Below, in pieces: positions 50,714 through 59,817 of a DNA stretch of 60,529 bases. The stretch is from an uncultured archaeon (GTDB lineage: Archaea > Asgardarchaeota > Lokiarchaeia > Sigyniarchaeales > SOKP01): assembly GCA_964388035.1 (NCBI GenBank), contig CAYLZE010000019.1, positions 1 through 60,529 of the forward strand. Reading direction: 5' to 3'. The position numbers were made by a program, and so were the translations under genes. The notes beneath the pieces were generated by a model, which was not told where the DNA came from, made no database searches, and saw nothing but the letters and a program-made list of their open reading frames with translations. Each line of letters starts with the position of its first letter. The first letter of the stretch is position 1.

Positions 50714-52021
50714 ATGTCCGAACAACAAGAAAAAAGAAAATTTGAAGTGCAAGCAATAAATGATGATATCTTAAATGCGTTAAGTCTGAAAAATCGGTAT
50801 AATTGGGTTAACGCTAACCTTGGAAACTTGCTCTCTAAGGAACAGAATGCATTTTTCCGAGAAGTCCAAAAGTTCTGCTTGAGGTATGAAAAGAAAAATA
50901 ACATCACCCACGGTCCCGACGAGGATATCTATGATTGGGTGCCCGAATTTGGCGAGCGTGGATACATCTCTAGGCAACATAAAGCAGATTGCGTGGATTT
51001 GAATTATGCTGAGCACGGGCTTGCGATGGATTTTGTTCGCAATTTAGCCATTGACATGTTCGACCCGCAATTTGCAATGGGCGGAGGTGCAACAGTCCTT
51101 GCTATTAACCCCGTATATGAACATCATGATGGTGTACCCGTAAGATTAGAAGCACTTAAAAACATGCTCACCGGAAAATCAGCGGGAGCAATATTAATCA
51201 CCGAGCCTGAGAGAGGCTCCGATGCGGTCCATCAACTTACCACCTGTGATGAACAACCCGATGGTAGCTTCCTTATTAATGGCACTAAAATCTATAATAC
51301 TAATGCTCCCCGTTCCGATTTTTGCGTTTGCTATGCCACGGCAGAGCAGAACAACGGCAGTAAAATGGCCCAATTCCTCATCAATACTAAATGGGAAGGT
51401 TTTAAAGTCGAGCGCGTCAACATTCCCTGGGTTCCGAAATTATATCTCGGCAAGGAAATCATGACGAACGTCCGCGTGCCCAAGGAATACATTCTAGGGG
51501 GCGTGGGCAAGGGGCGCGAGCACCTGTTCGAGGGACTGGTGCCAGAGCGGATTTGTATCGCCGCTATGAGCGTTGCAGAAGCTTGGGGTGCACTTGCACA
51601 TGCAGCAATTTACGTGAATTTAAGAAAACAGTTTGACCAGGAGATTTTAAAGTTCCAGGGCGTGGGATTTTCATTGGCAGATTATTGGGCAAGAACCACT
51701 GCTCTTACCTTTGGTTTACTTAAATTTTGCGAAACTTATGATCAGAAAAAGGAAGCGTTTGGTGGAGAGATTCCCCAAAATATCGCTCAGGCAATGGTCG
51801 CTGGAGCAAGTCAATTCAAATACGTGTGCACGCAACTTTCAAAGGATGTTTGCTATGAATGTGCCAATTTAATGGGCGGTGCCGGCTTGTGCGATAATAC
51901 CTTAATGTATGATTATCTAAATATATCGCGCATCCAGGAAATCGTGGGCGGCAGCAGGCAAATCCAGCAATACATAATGTCAATGGCACTAAGAACTTTA
52001 TTCAAGATGTCTGTTTTCTAA
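50714..52021 (+). CDS. Acyl-CoA dehydrogenase, copy A
   Basis: ITEPERGSD, NGTKIYNTN, RKQFDQEILKFQGV, MGGAG, EIVGGSRQIQ. Confidence 0.92.
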   Translation: MSEQQEKRKFEVQAINDDILNALSLKNRYNWVNANLGNLLSKEQNAFFREVQKFCLRYEKKNNITHGPDEDIYDWVPEFGERGYISRQHKADCVDLNYAEHGLAMDFVRNLAIDMFDPQFAMGGGATVLAINPVYEHHDGVPVRLEALKNMLTGKSAGAILITEPERGSDAVHQLTTCDEQPDGSFLINGTKIYNTNAPRSDFCVCYATAEQNNGSKMAQFLINTKWEGFKVERVNIPWVPKLYLGKEIMTNVRVPKEYILGGVGKGREHLFEGLVPERICIAAMSVAEAWGALAHAAIYVNLRKQFDQEILKFQGVGFSLADYWARTTALTFGLLKFCETYDQKKEAFGGEIPQNIAQAMVAGASQFKYVCTQLSKDVCYECANLMGGAGLCDNTLMYDYLNISRIQEIVGGSRQIQQYIMSMALRTLFKMSVF

Positions 52022-52351
52022 TGTGCTCTTATCTATTTAACTCTTTTTTTTCTTACTTTATTCTTATAACTCTTTTCTTAAAATTGAACAAATTCTGGCC
52101 ATTTAAAATCAGAAATTTAATTCGTCTTAATCAGTTCCTATTTAGGGTTAATAGTTTTTTTTTTCCGCAAATTTTTAAATAATAATTTATAAATTTTTTC
52201 TTGAATGAGATTTGCTACGACATAAATTATAAAAAACCAGAAATCTTCTTATCCGGTAAGAAATATTATATTAAATAATATATCTTTATCCAAAAAAAAC
52301 AAGAATTTCAAGTAAAAATTTGAACTGAAGTTTAAAAAAAATTCAAGATGG

Positions 52352-52621
52352 ATGATGAGCGAGCCAATAAAAGAGTTTCCCATTCACGATAAGCATGGTA
52401 ATAAGGTCCTTGTCGTCAAGCTTATTGAAGGAAGGTCAGAGATTTTCATGGGAAACGATAAAGAACCTTTCATGTCATGCCACTACGCGCCCATTTCCAT
52501 TCCTACTAAAGAGTTCTCAGAATATGGACAAATCGAGTCCATCAATGATCTTATCGATGAATTGGATAGTTTATTGGAAAGCACAATGGATTGGGAGTCG
52601 GCTTTAATAAAAAAAAGTTAA
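52352..52621 (+). CDS. Hypothetical protein
   Basis: 89-aa ORF between the inverted acyl-CoA dehydrogenases. Confidence 0.55.
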   Translation: MMSEPIKEFPIHDKHGNKVLVVKLIEGRSEIFMGNDKEPFMSCHYAPISIPTKEFSEYGQIESINDLIDELDSLLESTMDWESALIKKS

Positions 52622-52739
52622 CCATGAAAAATGTCAAATCAATGGGTCAATCCAAATGAATAGATAAATGGCTTCTATTATTGGATAAAAGAATGAGACT
52701 CAAAGATTAAATATTAATTTTGTTATATAAATGAGATTA

Positions 52740-53039
52740 TCAGACACTTTTTAAGAGCGTAATTATTTCTCGGCTTAATTTTTTAAGAATGGGGACATGT
52801 CCTTCTGAAAAAATAGTATCATTTAATATAACTACGGGTCTTTCAAGCAAGCCGAATTTTTCGGTGATTTCCTTGGATTCAACATCCTGATACATGATTT
52901 CAATGTTATTTTTTAACTCTGGAAATTCTTCGAGCATCCTTTCAATTATTTGTTTGGTTTTACAGCATTTAGCACACACGTTTTCATCATCTTCCTTGGC
53001 TAAAACGTGCATGATTACTTTTTTTGTGTCAATTCCCAT
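52740..53039 (-). CDS. Small thioredoxin-fold protein
   Basis: CAKC, RPVVILN...EGHVP. Confidence 0.75.
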   Translation of the reverse strand: MGIDTKKVIMHVLAKEDDENVCAKCCKTKQIIERMLEEFPELKNNIEIMYQDVESKEITEKFGLLERPVVILNDTIFSEGHVPILKKLSREIITLLKSV

Positions 53040-53384
53040 TATTTAGCTCTTTCATTTCGTGATGATATACCTATGATAGTAAAAAAGTTTAAGATTAAAA
53101 ATCTTTGTTATTAAATTATCATGATTTGATCTTAATTCTCCATAATTATTATGAATTTAGTTCATTTTATAAGAGATAATGCACGATTTTGTTCATATTG
53201 AAAAAATAGTCATTTAACTCAAATCTCGTTTGATTGTAATATTATCCTTAAAGTTCTTAGCACTCATGTGGAATAATTTCAATACTGAAAAGTATTTTGG
53301 TACCTGATCTATTCATTCTAATAAAACGCAAAATAAATTTCTTAAAATTATTTTTTATCTATAAAAGCAAAAAAATGATAGGTC

Positions 53385-53597
53385 CTCAATGCCATGCTCA
53401 TTATGTATTGTTTATAAAATTAAAAAAAAGAATTAATTTAATTAGAGCTTTTTAGAAAAAAAAATATCCAAAGACAAAGAAAGAAAAAAAAAGAATTAAA
53501 TAGATAAGAGCACATTAGAAGAGGCTCATTCTGTATAGCGTTCTCACATTACGCTCATTTTGTATAGCGTTCTCAGTGCCATGCTCATTATGTATTG
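53385..53597 (-). repeat. Stacked copies of the acyl-CoA dehydrogenase B 3' end
   Basis: 53524-53546 is ~identical to 53553-53575; 53385-53410 is ~identical to 53572-53597; 53485-53520 is the reverse complement of 52016-52051. Confidence 0.85.
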
Positions 53598-54842
53598 CTG
53601 GATTTGCCTGCTGCCGCCCACGATTTCCTGGATGCGGGAAATGTTTAGATAATCATGAGTCATGGTGTTATCACAGAGTCCTGCACCGCCCATTAAATTG
53701 GCACATTCATAACAGACGTCCTTTGATAAGCTAGTGCAATGATATTTAAGTTGAGAGGCTCCTGCAACCATGGCTTGGGAAATATTCTGTGGAATCTCTC
53801 CGCCAAATTTTTCAAACTTTTCATCATAAGATTCCGCAAATTTAAGCAATCCGAGCGTTAAATTAGTCGTTCTGGCCCATAGATCTGTCAGAGTGAAACC
53901 AACTCCTTGGAATTTCAAGATTTCTTGGTCAAACTGTTTTCTGAGATTTGCATAGATAACGGCGTGCGATAAAGCACCCCAGCATTGGGATATAGCCCCG
54001 ACGGCAATTCCAATACGTTCAGGGACCAGGCCTTCAAAGAGGTGCTCGCGTCCCTTGCCCACGCCTCCCAGGATGTATTCCTTGGGAACGCGCAGATTCA
54101 CAAGCTTTTCTCGACCCAAAAAAAGCTTGGGAACCCATGGTATATTGACCCGTTCGCAATTCCAGCCGTCCCAGGCAGTGTTGATGAGAAATTGGGCCAT
54201 TTTATTTCCATTATTTTCCTCGGCGGTGGCATAGGCAACGGCCCATTTGGCCTTGGGTGCGTTTGTATTGAATATCTTGTCGCCAGTTAATAAGAAACTC
54301 CCGTCCGGCTGTTCCGCGCAGGTGGTTAATTGATGGACGGCGTCCGAACCTCGTTCGGGTTCTGTAATGAGAATGCAGCCTGAGGCCGCACCAGTAACCA
54401 TGTCTTTAAGTGCTGCCAATCGCTCGGGGATTCCCTCATGGTGATCGTACACGGGATTGATTGCTAAGACGGTAGCACCGCTACCCATTGCGAATTGTGT
54501 ATCGAACATGTCAATAGCAAGGTAACGCATGAAATCCGTAACAGCTCCGTGATAATCATAATTGATATCAATCATTTCAAAATTATGTGCTCTGGTGATA
54601 TATCCTTCTGCCCCGAAATCAGGGATCCACTTATAAACATCCTCTTCGGGACCGTGGGTGATGTTATTTTTCTTTTCATACCTCATGCAGAATTTTTGGA
54701 CTGATTTTAAAAAATTGAACTGCTGGGGAGTTAAAACCGACATTAAATTGTTATTTACAAAGTTATATCGATTTTTGAGCGACAATTTTTCAAGGATATC
54801 ATCATTTATGGCTTGGGTGACAAATCTTTTATTTTCTGACAT
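53544..54842 (-). CDS. Acyl-CoA dehydrogenase, copy B (convergent inverted paralogue of copy A)
   Basis: Same motifs, collinear with 50714-52021. Confidence 0.92.
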   Translation of the reverse strand: MSENKRFVTQAINDDILEKLSLKNRYNFVNNNLMSVLTPQQFNFLKSVQKFCMRYEKKNNITHGPEEDVYKWIPDFGAEGYITRAHNFEMIDINYDYHGAVTDFMRYLAIDMFDTQFAMGSGATVLAINPVYDHHEGIPERLAALKDMVTGAASGCILITEPERGSDAVHQLTTCAEQPDGSFLLTGDKIFNTNAPKAKWAVAYATAEENNGNKMAQFLINTAWDGWNCERVNIPWVPKLFLGREKLVNLRVPKEYILGGVGKGREHLFEGLVPERIGIAVGAISQCWGALSHAVIYANLRKQFDQEILKFQGVGFTLTDLWARTTNLTLGLLKFAESYDEKFEKFGGEIPQNISQAMVAGASQLKYHCTSLSKDVCYECANLMGGAGLCDNTMTHDYLNISRIQEIVGGSRQIQQYIMSMALRTLYKMSVM

Positions 54843-55151
54843 GTATTTTTCCTTTTTTGAGCTTATTTTGTATTCTGATTAAATAAAATATATTATGATT
54901 AATATGTTGAATCTTAATAAATTTTTCAAAAAAAGTAAGGGGTGTAACATAAAGATTATTTTTAAAGTGCATTATTATGGAAAAAAATACTCAAAATGAA
55001 TTTTTCAGTACTTTAGAAGTAGGAAAATGTATTTTTTATTGATAGGAATCGCAATCCTTTGTAAGGGTTGCAACATGGTGATTTTAAAGACCTCGTGCCA
55101 GTGGCTTGTTTCATGTGAACTCGAGAAGAATGAAATATTCCATGCCATGTT

Positions 55152-55904
55152 TCATAGGATAATTTTTTCCAGCCTTTGAGAAAATTTTTTAGAGATAATT
55201 AAGCCGGTTTCAAAAGGACAATTACTTTTAAATTGAATGACGGAAAGGAAATGCTCGTTAATTCCTTTTAAAGATAATATGCCAAATTCTTCTAATGAAA
55301 TGAGCTCATTTACCCGATAGTTTCCTGATATGAACCTGCCTTCTAATAATCGGATGATTTCTGAAAGCACCGAAGGATGCAGGTATGATATAACTACTCT
55401 TCCTGTTTGAGTTAACAATGCGGAAGAGATCACGAAGGAGGAGAACGTGTGCAATTCATTAAATACATCCACTAATTCTTGCTCAATCTCTTTAGATATT
55501 AATTCTTTGCTTTTCTCCACGATATCGTGGATGTTATGCTCGAACTCTGAAAATTTAGTTATTTCTCCGTCAAAACTACTGGTTAACACGTCCATGTCAA
55601 ATCGATTCAGAAATTGATCCTTGATCTGTTTTAATTGAGTCCGTAATTCCACCAAGTTATCCGTCCGTTCACTGAAAATTGCAAACATCAGCTCATCTCC
55701 GTTTATTTTTTCAATTTCAAAGATAAATCGAAAGGGACCGACTTCAATTTCTGATAATTTCTCCGTTTTTAAGGTATGTTTAACAAAAGAAAAAATGGCG
55801 CTTAAAAAGCTGCTGGTTAAGTTGATATTAAAGATATCTTCATATGCCTTATAAAAAATCAATTCACCGGTGTTTCCTTTCAATATAAAGATGCTTTTGA
55901 TCAT
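55152..55904 (-). CDS. Longin-like domain plus roadblock/LC7-like domain protein
   Basis: N-terminal IKSIFIL...G.LIFYK, SSFLSAIFSF, EIEVG..RFIF, F..RF (longin pattern); C-terminal SSALLTQTGRVVIS (roadblock pattern). Confidence 0.65.
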   Translation of the reverse strand: MIKSIFILKGNTGELIFYKAYEDIFNINLTSSFLSAIFSFVKHTLKTEKLSEIEVGPFRFIFEIEKINGDELMFAIFSERTDNLVELRTQLKQIKDQFLNRFDMDVLTSSFDGEITKFSEFEHNIHDIVEKSKELISKEIEQELVDVFNELHTFSSFVISSALLTQTGRVVISYLHPSVLSEIIRLLEGRFISGNYRVNELISLEEFGILSLKGINEHFLSVIQFKSNCPFETGLIISKKFSQRLEKIIL

Positions 55905-56137
55905 TCGTACTGGGAGATTTTTTTAATTTTAGCTAAAGATTATTGCTTGATATACAGTTATTCTAATGAAATCCTAAATATAAAAATGCACTTAAAAGTT
56001 TAGGATAAGAAATGCATTAAAATTAATTTTTGAACCCTCGAGAACTTGAATGTAAGAGAATAGTAAAAAAAAAGTATTTTCTTCTTTATAACTAAAAAAT
56101 AATGGAAATGAGGGAAAAAAAGGAATCCTAATTTAGG

Positions 56138-56974
56138 TTAAAATCCATCGAATTTACTCCACTCATCATCCTCGTCAGTCTCCTCAGTTTTTTCTGTCTC
56201 ATCTTCAACATTATCTTCGTAATCGTCAGAATACTCCTCTGAGTACTCGGATTCGAAGTCATCATCAAAACTGATGGCTTTGTCTAAATCGGTAATGGTA
56301 GCTTGCACAGTGGTGGGTTTTTCCATGATAACTGGTCTTTCAACTGCCTTTTTCTTCTCTACGAGTTTAAGATAATCGCCGTGGATCTTGATGGTGATGG
56401 GAGTTTCTTCTTGAAGTAATCTCACTACCACTTCTTCACTACTTGAACTATCATGAGGCATTCTCATTACTATTGCTTTCGCGCCTTCAAATACTCCACT
56501 AATAATTTCCACGGTATCTCCCACGGATATGAACTCGGTGACACTTCTTGGCAAGAGAACGTGTCTTAATTCGGTTAGTTTGATGTTTTGTACAATCCTT
56601 CCTTTAATGTGAGAAATTCCTTGGACGGCGATTTGAACATCATGCTTTTGGGGAGCTTCAAAAAACACATAGCCCGGCAGCATCGGGGAGATAAGCATGG
56701 ATCTAATATCGGGTATCACGTCTAGAATGCGAAAACGATAAAAAATTTGTCTTAGAACATTACTTTCTTGATTGATGGTGGTTCTTACGGCAAATAAGGT
56801 GGTCAAATCTTCAGCTTCTTCCGGCTCGATGGAGAGGACTTCTCCATCCACTTTAATTAAATCATCGGGAGTTTCCTCCATTTGGTCTTCCTCATCTGCC
56901 AGAGCTTCCTCTTGATCTTCCTCATCTGCCAGAGCTTCCTCTTGATCTTCTCTTTTTTCTTCTTGATCAGCCAT
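56138..56974 (-). CDS. spt5: Transcription elongation factor Spt5 with acidic N- and C-terminal extensions
   Basis: FAVRTTINQE, LPGYVFFEA (NGN); GDTVEIISGVFEG (KOW); start set at MADQEE. Confidence 0.92.
   Translation of the reverse strand: MADQEEKREDQEEALADEEDQEEALADEEDQMEETPDDLIKVDGEVLSIEPEEAEDLTTLFAVRTTINQESNVLRQIFYRFRILDVIPDIRSMLISPMLPGYVFFEAPQKHDVQIAVQGISHIKGRIVQNIKLTELRHVLLPRSVTEFISVGDTVEIISGVFEGAKAIVMRMPHDSSSSEEVVVRLLQEETPITIKIHGDYLKLVEKKKAVERPVIMEKPTTVQATITDLDKAISFDDDFESEYSEEYSDDYEDNVEDETEKTEETDEDDEWSKFDGF
56886..56950 (+). repeat. 30-bp in-frame tandem repeat (two copies plus a partial) in the spt5 5' region
   Basis: TCTTCCTCATCTGCCAGAGCTTCCTCTTGA x2, encoding the 10-aa repeat EDQEEALADE. 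Confidence 0.95.
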
Positions 56975-57180
56975 ATTTTCTTTCACGACTCCTAATTGAA
57001 TTTGGGTAATTTTTAATATCAAAATGAAAAGAAGTCAAATAGTGATAGGAAATTCTAAATTTTAAAATTTATGCATTACAGATATAATATTTTCATCAAG
57101 ATTTTTTAAAGGCATGTAAAACAAAATAATCGAAAAAGACAAAATTGACTCATGAATCATGTTTAAAGGGAGAAATAACT

Positions 57181-57540
57181 TCATAAAGGAATGTTATTTA
57201 TATCCAGAATTTCAGGAATTCTGTTATTTCGCTCTAACCAGGATATTTCAGCATTTGGGTATCTCCAAGTAATTTCGCACTTACCAAGTTGGTCTTTTGT
57301 TTCAGTTTCGAATTCCCAGGGATTTACGATGATCAGATCGCCTTTCCTAATCCACACTCGTTTTTTAATTTTACCGCGAATTCTCCCGATTCTATGCTTG
57401 CCGTCTTCACAAAAAACCTGCATTCTATCATTTCCATAGATTTCCACTACTCGGGCGAACATTTCCCCAATTTTTTTATTAGGAAGCTTGACCCTTCGAA
57501 TAATGGGTTCTTCATTGCCTTTATTTCTTTTCTTTGCCAT
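57181..57540 (-). CDS. eif1a: Translation initiation factor aIF-1A
   Basis: CEDGKHRIGRIRGKIKKRVWIRKGD..IV.PW, I.WRY. Confidence 0.96.
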   Translation of the reverse strand: MAKKRNKGNEEPIIRRVKLPNKKIGEMFARVVEIYGNDRMQVFCEDGKHRIGRIRGKIKKRVWIRKGDLIIVNPWEFETETKDQLGKCEITWRYPNAEISWLERNNRIPEILDINNIPL

Positions 57541-57676
57541 AATTATTCATCTATAAGATAGGGTAGGTTTTATTATTTATCATTCAATTTGATCATCTGG
57601 GCGATATACTCCTTTAATGGATACATTTTATCATTTTGCGAGGATTAATTTCTAATCTCATGCATTTCTCCCGTTC
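57487..57676 (+). repeat. ~190-bp direct repeat, copy L (aIF-1A 5' end, intergenic, decayed cupin 3' end); copy R at ~59210-59399
   Basis: TCATTGCCTTTATTTCTTTT, CCATAATTATTCAT, AGGGTAGGTTTTATTAT, TATCATTCAATTT, GGGCGATAT and ATGCATTTCTC are shared. Confidence 0.92.
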
Positions 57677-57871
57677 ATGTTGGGGGATCAAGTTCTCGTG
57701 CAAGAAAGAATGCTCACCGAGGTCATGGAAGATTTCAAGGATAAAAAAAATAAGCGGGAGCGAGAGTTCGAATAAAACCACCGGGTGGCGTATGGGAATG
57801 ATATAAAATTAAATGCTTGAAAGAATAAAATAAAAATAAGAAGATCTGAAAGTTTTTAGCTTTAATTCAAT

Positions 57872-59263
57872 CTAATTAAGATTATTCTTCGGTGGCAACC
57901 CTCGCGGCAATTTCCAAAAGCCCAAGGCGAGGCTAATCGCTATAACGATAGCGGAAACAAGGAACATTGAGACCGGACCTAAGGCACTAACCACGAACCC
58001 GGCAGCAAGGGCCCCGATCGAGTTTCCGAGAATCGTCATTGTATTGTAAATCCCCGTGGCTTTCCCCCTGAGGGTTTCCGGGACACAATCCAAGACGAGC
58101 GCGGTGAGGGGGGGCATGACCAAGGAGATACCAAATAGCGAGGTGATGAGAACGGGGATGATCACCCTCCCTGGGGCGAACAGTGCAAACACTGAAAATG
58201 AGACGGCAATAGAGAGCCCTATGAGAATTGGTTCCCTCCGCCCACGCCGATCCGACCAGATTCCCGCAGCAAAAGACCCACCAAAAAAGACAGCAATCCC
58301 CGGAATGAATATTAAACCCATCTGGAATACTGAGTATCCCAGTGTGACCAAGAATAGGGGGGCGAAGGCAAAGAAGGACCCCATTGCGGAGTTCACCGAA
58401 ATGCCAATGATTCCCATCACGAGAAAACCTCGGTTTCGAAAAGGACTGGAATTTGAAGGACACGCCATGGAAGCATTTAAGCTGTCCGGGGACGAGGTGC
58501 TGGTTGTTTTCGTATTACTCAAATTTCCAGCTCGTTCAGAATATATTAGAGGTTGGTCAGATGAGGGTTTCAGAGAAATATTTTCCTTAAATCTGGAATC
58601 AATGGATGAAGTTGGCGGCCTATTTTCCGGTGTCTTGGTTGTAACTAATTTCTTAGTTTTATTGACTTTCATGGGGTGCGTCTCCTTTAACAATACCACA
58701 AGGATTATGGCCGACACAAACGCCAATCCTGCTCCGATGTAGAACGGGACGCGCAATCCGAACAACCCCCCAATTAATCCCCCGATGGGCACTCCCACAG
58801 CTGACCCCACTGCATATACGATCGAGAACCCTGCCATGGCTGTCCCCCGCTTCTCTGCAGGGAAGATATCGCCGAGGGTTGCTTGGAGGACGGATATTAT
58901 TGCCCCCATTCCCTGCACGGCCCGGAAGATAATGAAGATTAGGAGGGTTTGGGCCAGACTGACCATTAAAGCTCCGAATGCATATAAGAACGCGGAAAAA
59001 AGAAGTATCCCCCTTCGTCCATGCTTGTCCGAGAAATTTCCTAGCGGGAGTTGGGCTGCAGATTGAACGAACCCAAAAATACTGACCGTGAATCCAATTA
59101 AAATTGCTGAGGACGCGAATTCTTCCACCACGAGAGGTAATGAAATAGTATAAAGGTTGAACCCAAGACTCCGCACGAATTCACTTAATAAAAGTGCAAA
59201 GACCACAGCCTTTAGTCTTAGAATTAATGGTTTATCATTGCCTTTATTTCTTTTTTTTCCCAT
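57872..59263 (-). CDS. MFS transporter with an aIF-1A-derived N-terminus
   Basis: GNFSDKHGRR (motif A), FRAVQG, SDRRGRR; about 12 TMs; visibly GC-richer than its flanks. Confidence 0.93.
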   Translation of the reverse strand: MGKKRNKGNDKPLILRLKAVVFALLLSEFVRSLGFNLYTISLPLVVEEFASSAILIGFTVSIFGFVQSAAQLPLGNFSDKHGRRGILLFSAFLYAFGALMVSLAQTLLIFIIFRAVQGMGAIISVLQATLGDIFPAEKRGTAMAGFSIVYAVGSAVGVPIGGLIGGLFGLRVPFYIGAGLAFVSAIILVVLLKETHPMKVNKTKKLVTTKTPENRPPTSSIDSRFKENISLKPSSDQPLIYSERAGNLSNTKTTSTSSPDSLNASMACPSNSSPFRNRGFLVMGIIGISVNSAMGSFFAFAPLFLVTLGYSVFQMGLIFIPGIAVFFGGSFAAGIWSDRRGRREPILIGLSIAVSFSVFALFAPGRVIIPVLITSLFGISLVMPPLTALVLDCVPETLRGKATGIYNTMTILGNSIGALAAGFVVSALGPVSMFLVSAIVIAISLALGFWKLPRGLPPKNNLN

Positions 59264-59399
59264 AATTATTCATGTATAAAAGAGGGTAGGTTTTATTATA
59301 TCATTCAATTTTATCATCCGGGCGATATTCTCCCTTAATGAAAATCACTTTTACATTTTTTGGGGATTTATTTTTAATATTATGCATTTCTCTGGGTTC
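59210..59399 (+). repeat. ~190-bp direct repeat, copy R
   Basis: Aligns with 57487-57676. Confidence 0.92.
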
Positions 59400-59639
59400 G
59401 ACTAAAAAAACACTACCCTGGGGGGCATCTATTTCTTCACCATTAATTATCATCACGCCATCTCCTTCCACAAAATAAAAAGTCTCATCAACAATTTCAT
59501 GACCGTGAGGTTTAGAGTCCATGTATTCTCCTGGCTTTAATAAAATGATCCCCCAATCGATACTAGGGCCGCGCATCAGATACTTTACTCCCGAATCCTT
59601 TTTTCTAAATTCGAGATCTTGCTCGTTTACTCTTTTCAT
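59301..59639 (-). CDS. Cupin-domain protein
   Basis: PHGH...DETFYFVEG, VEPREMHNIKN. Confidence 0.9.
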   Translation of the reverse strand: MKRVNEQDLEFRKKDSGVKYLMRGPSIDWGIILLKPGEYMDSKPHGHEIVDETFYFVEGDGVMIINGEEIDAPQGSVFLVEPREMHNIKNKSPKNVKVIFIKGEYRPDDKIE

Positions 59640-59817
59640 TTAAATAACCTTGAAATTATTTTCTACTTATAATAAATTAATTATCTCCTTTTAATTAAAC
59701 ATTATAGTAAAACTATAAAGAGCGGTTAAAAAAAAGCCAAACCTTGCCATTATAGAATAATTCAAACTAAGATGGAAATTATACTTTTCCTACATACTTG
59801 TATCTTTTTAATTTCTT

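Noticed and set aside
56886-56950. 30-bp repeat as a CRISPR array
   Set aside because: Head-to-tail copies with no spacers, in frame within spt5, and no cas genes.
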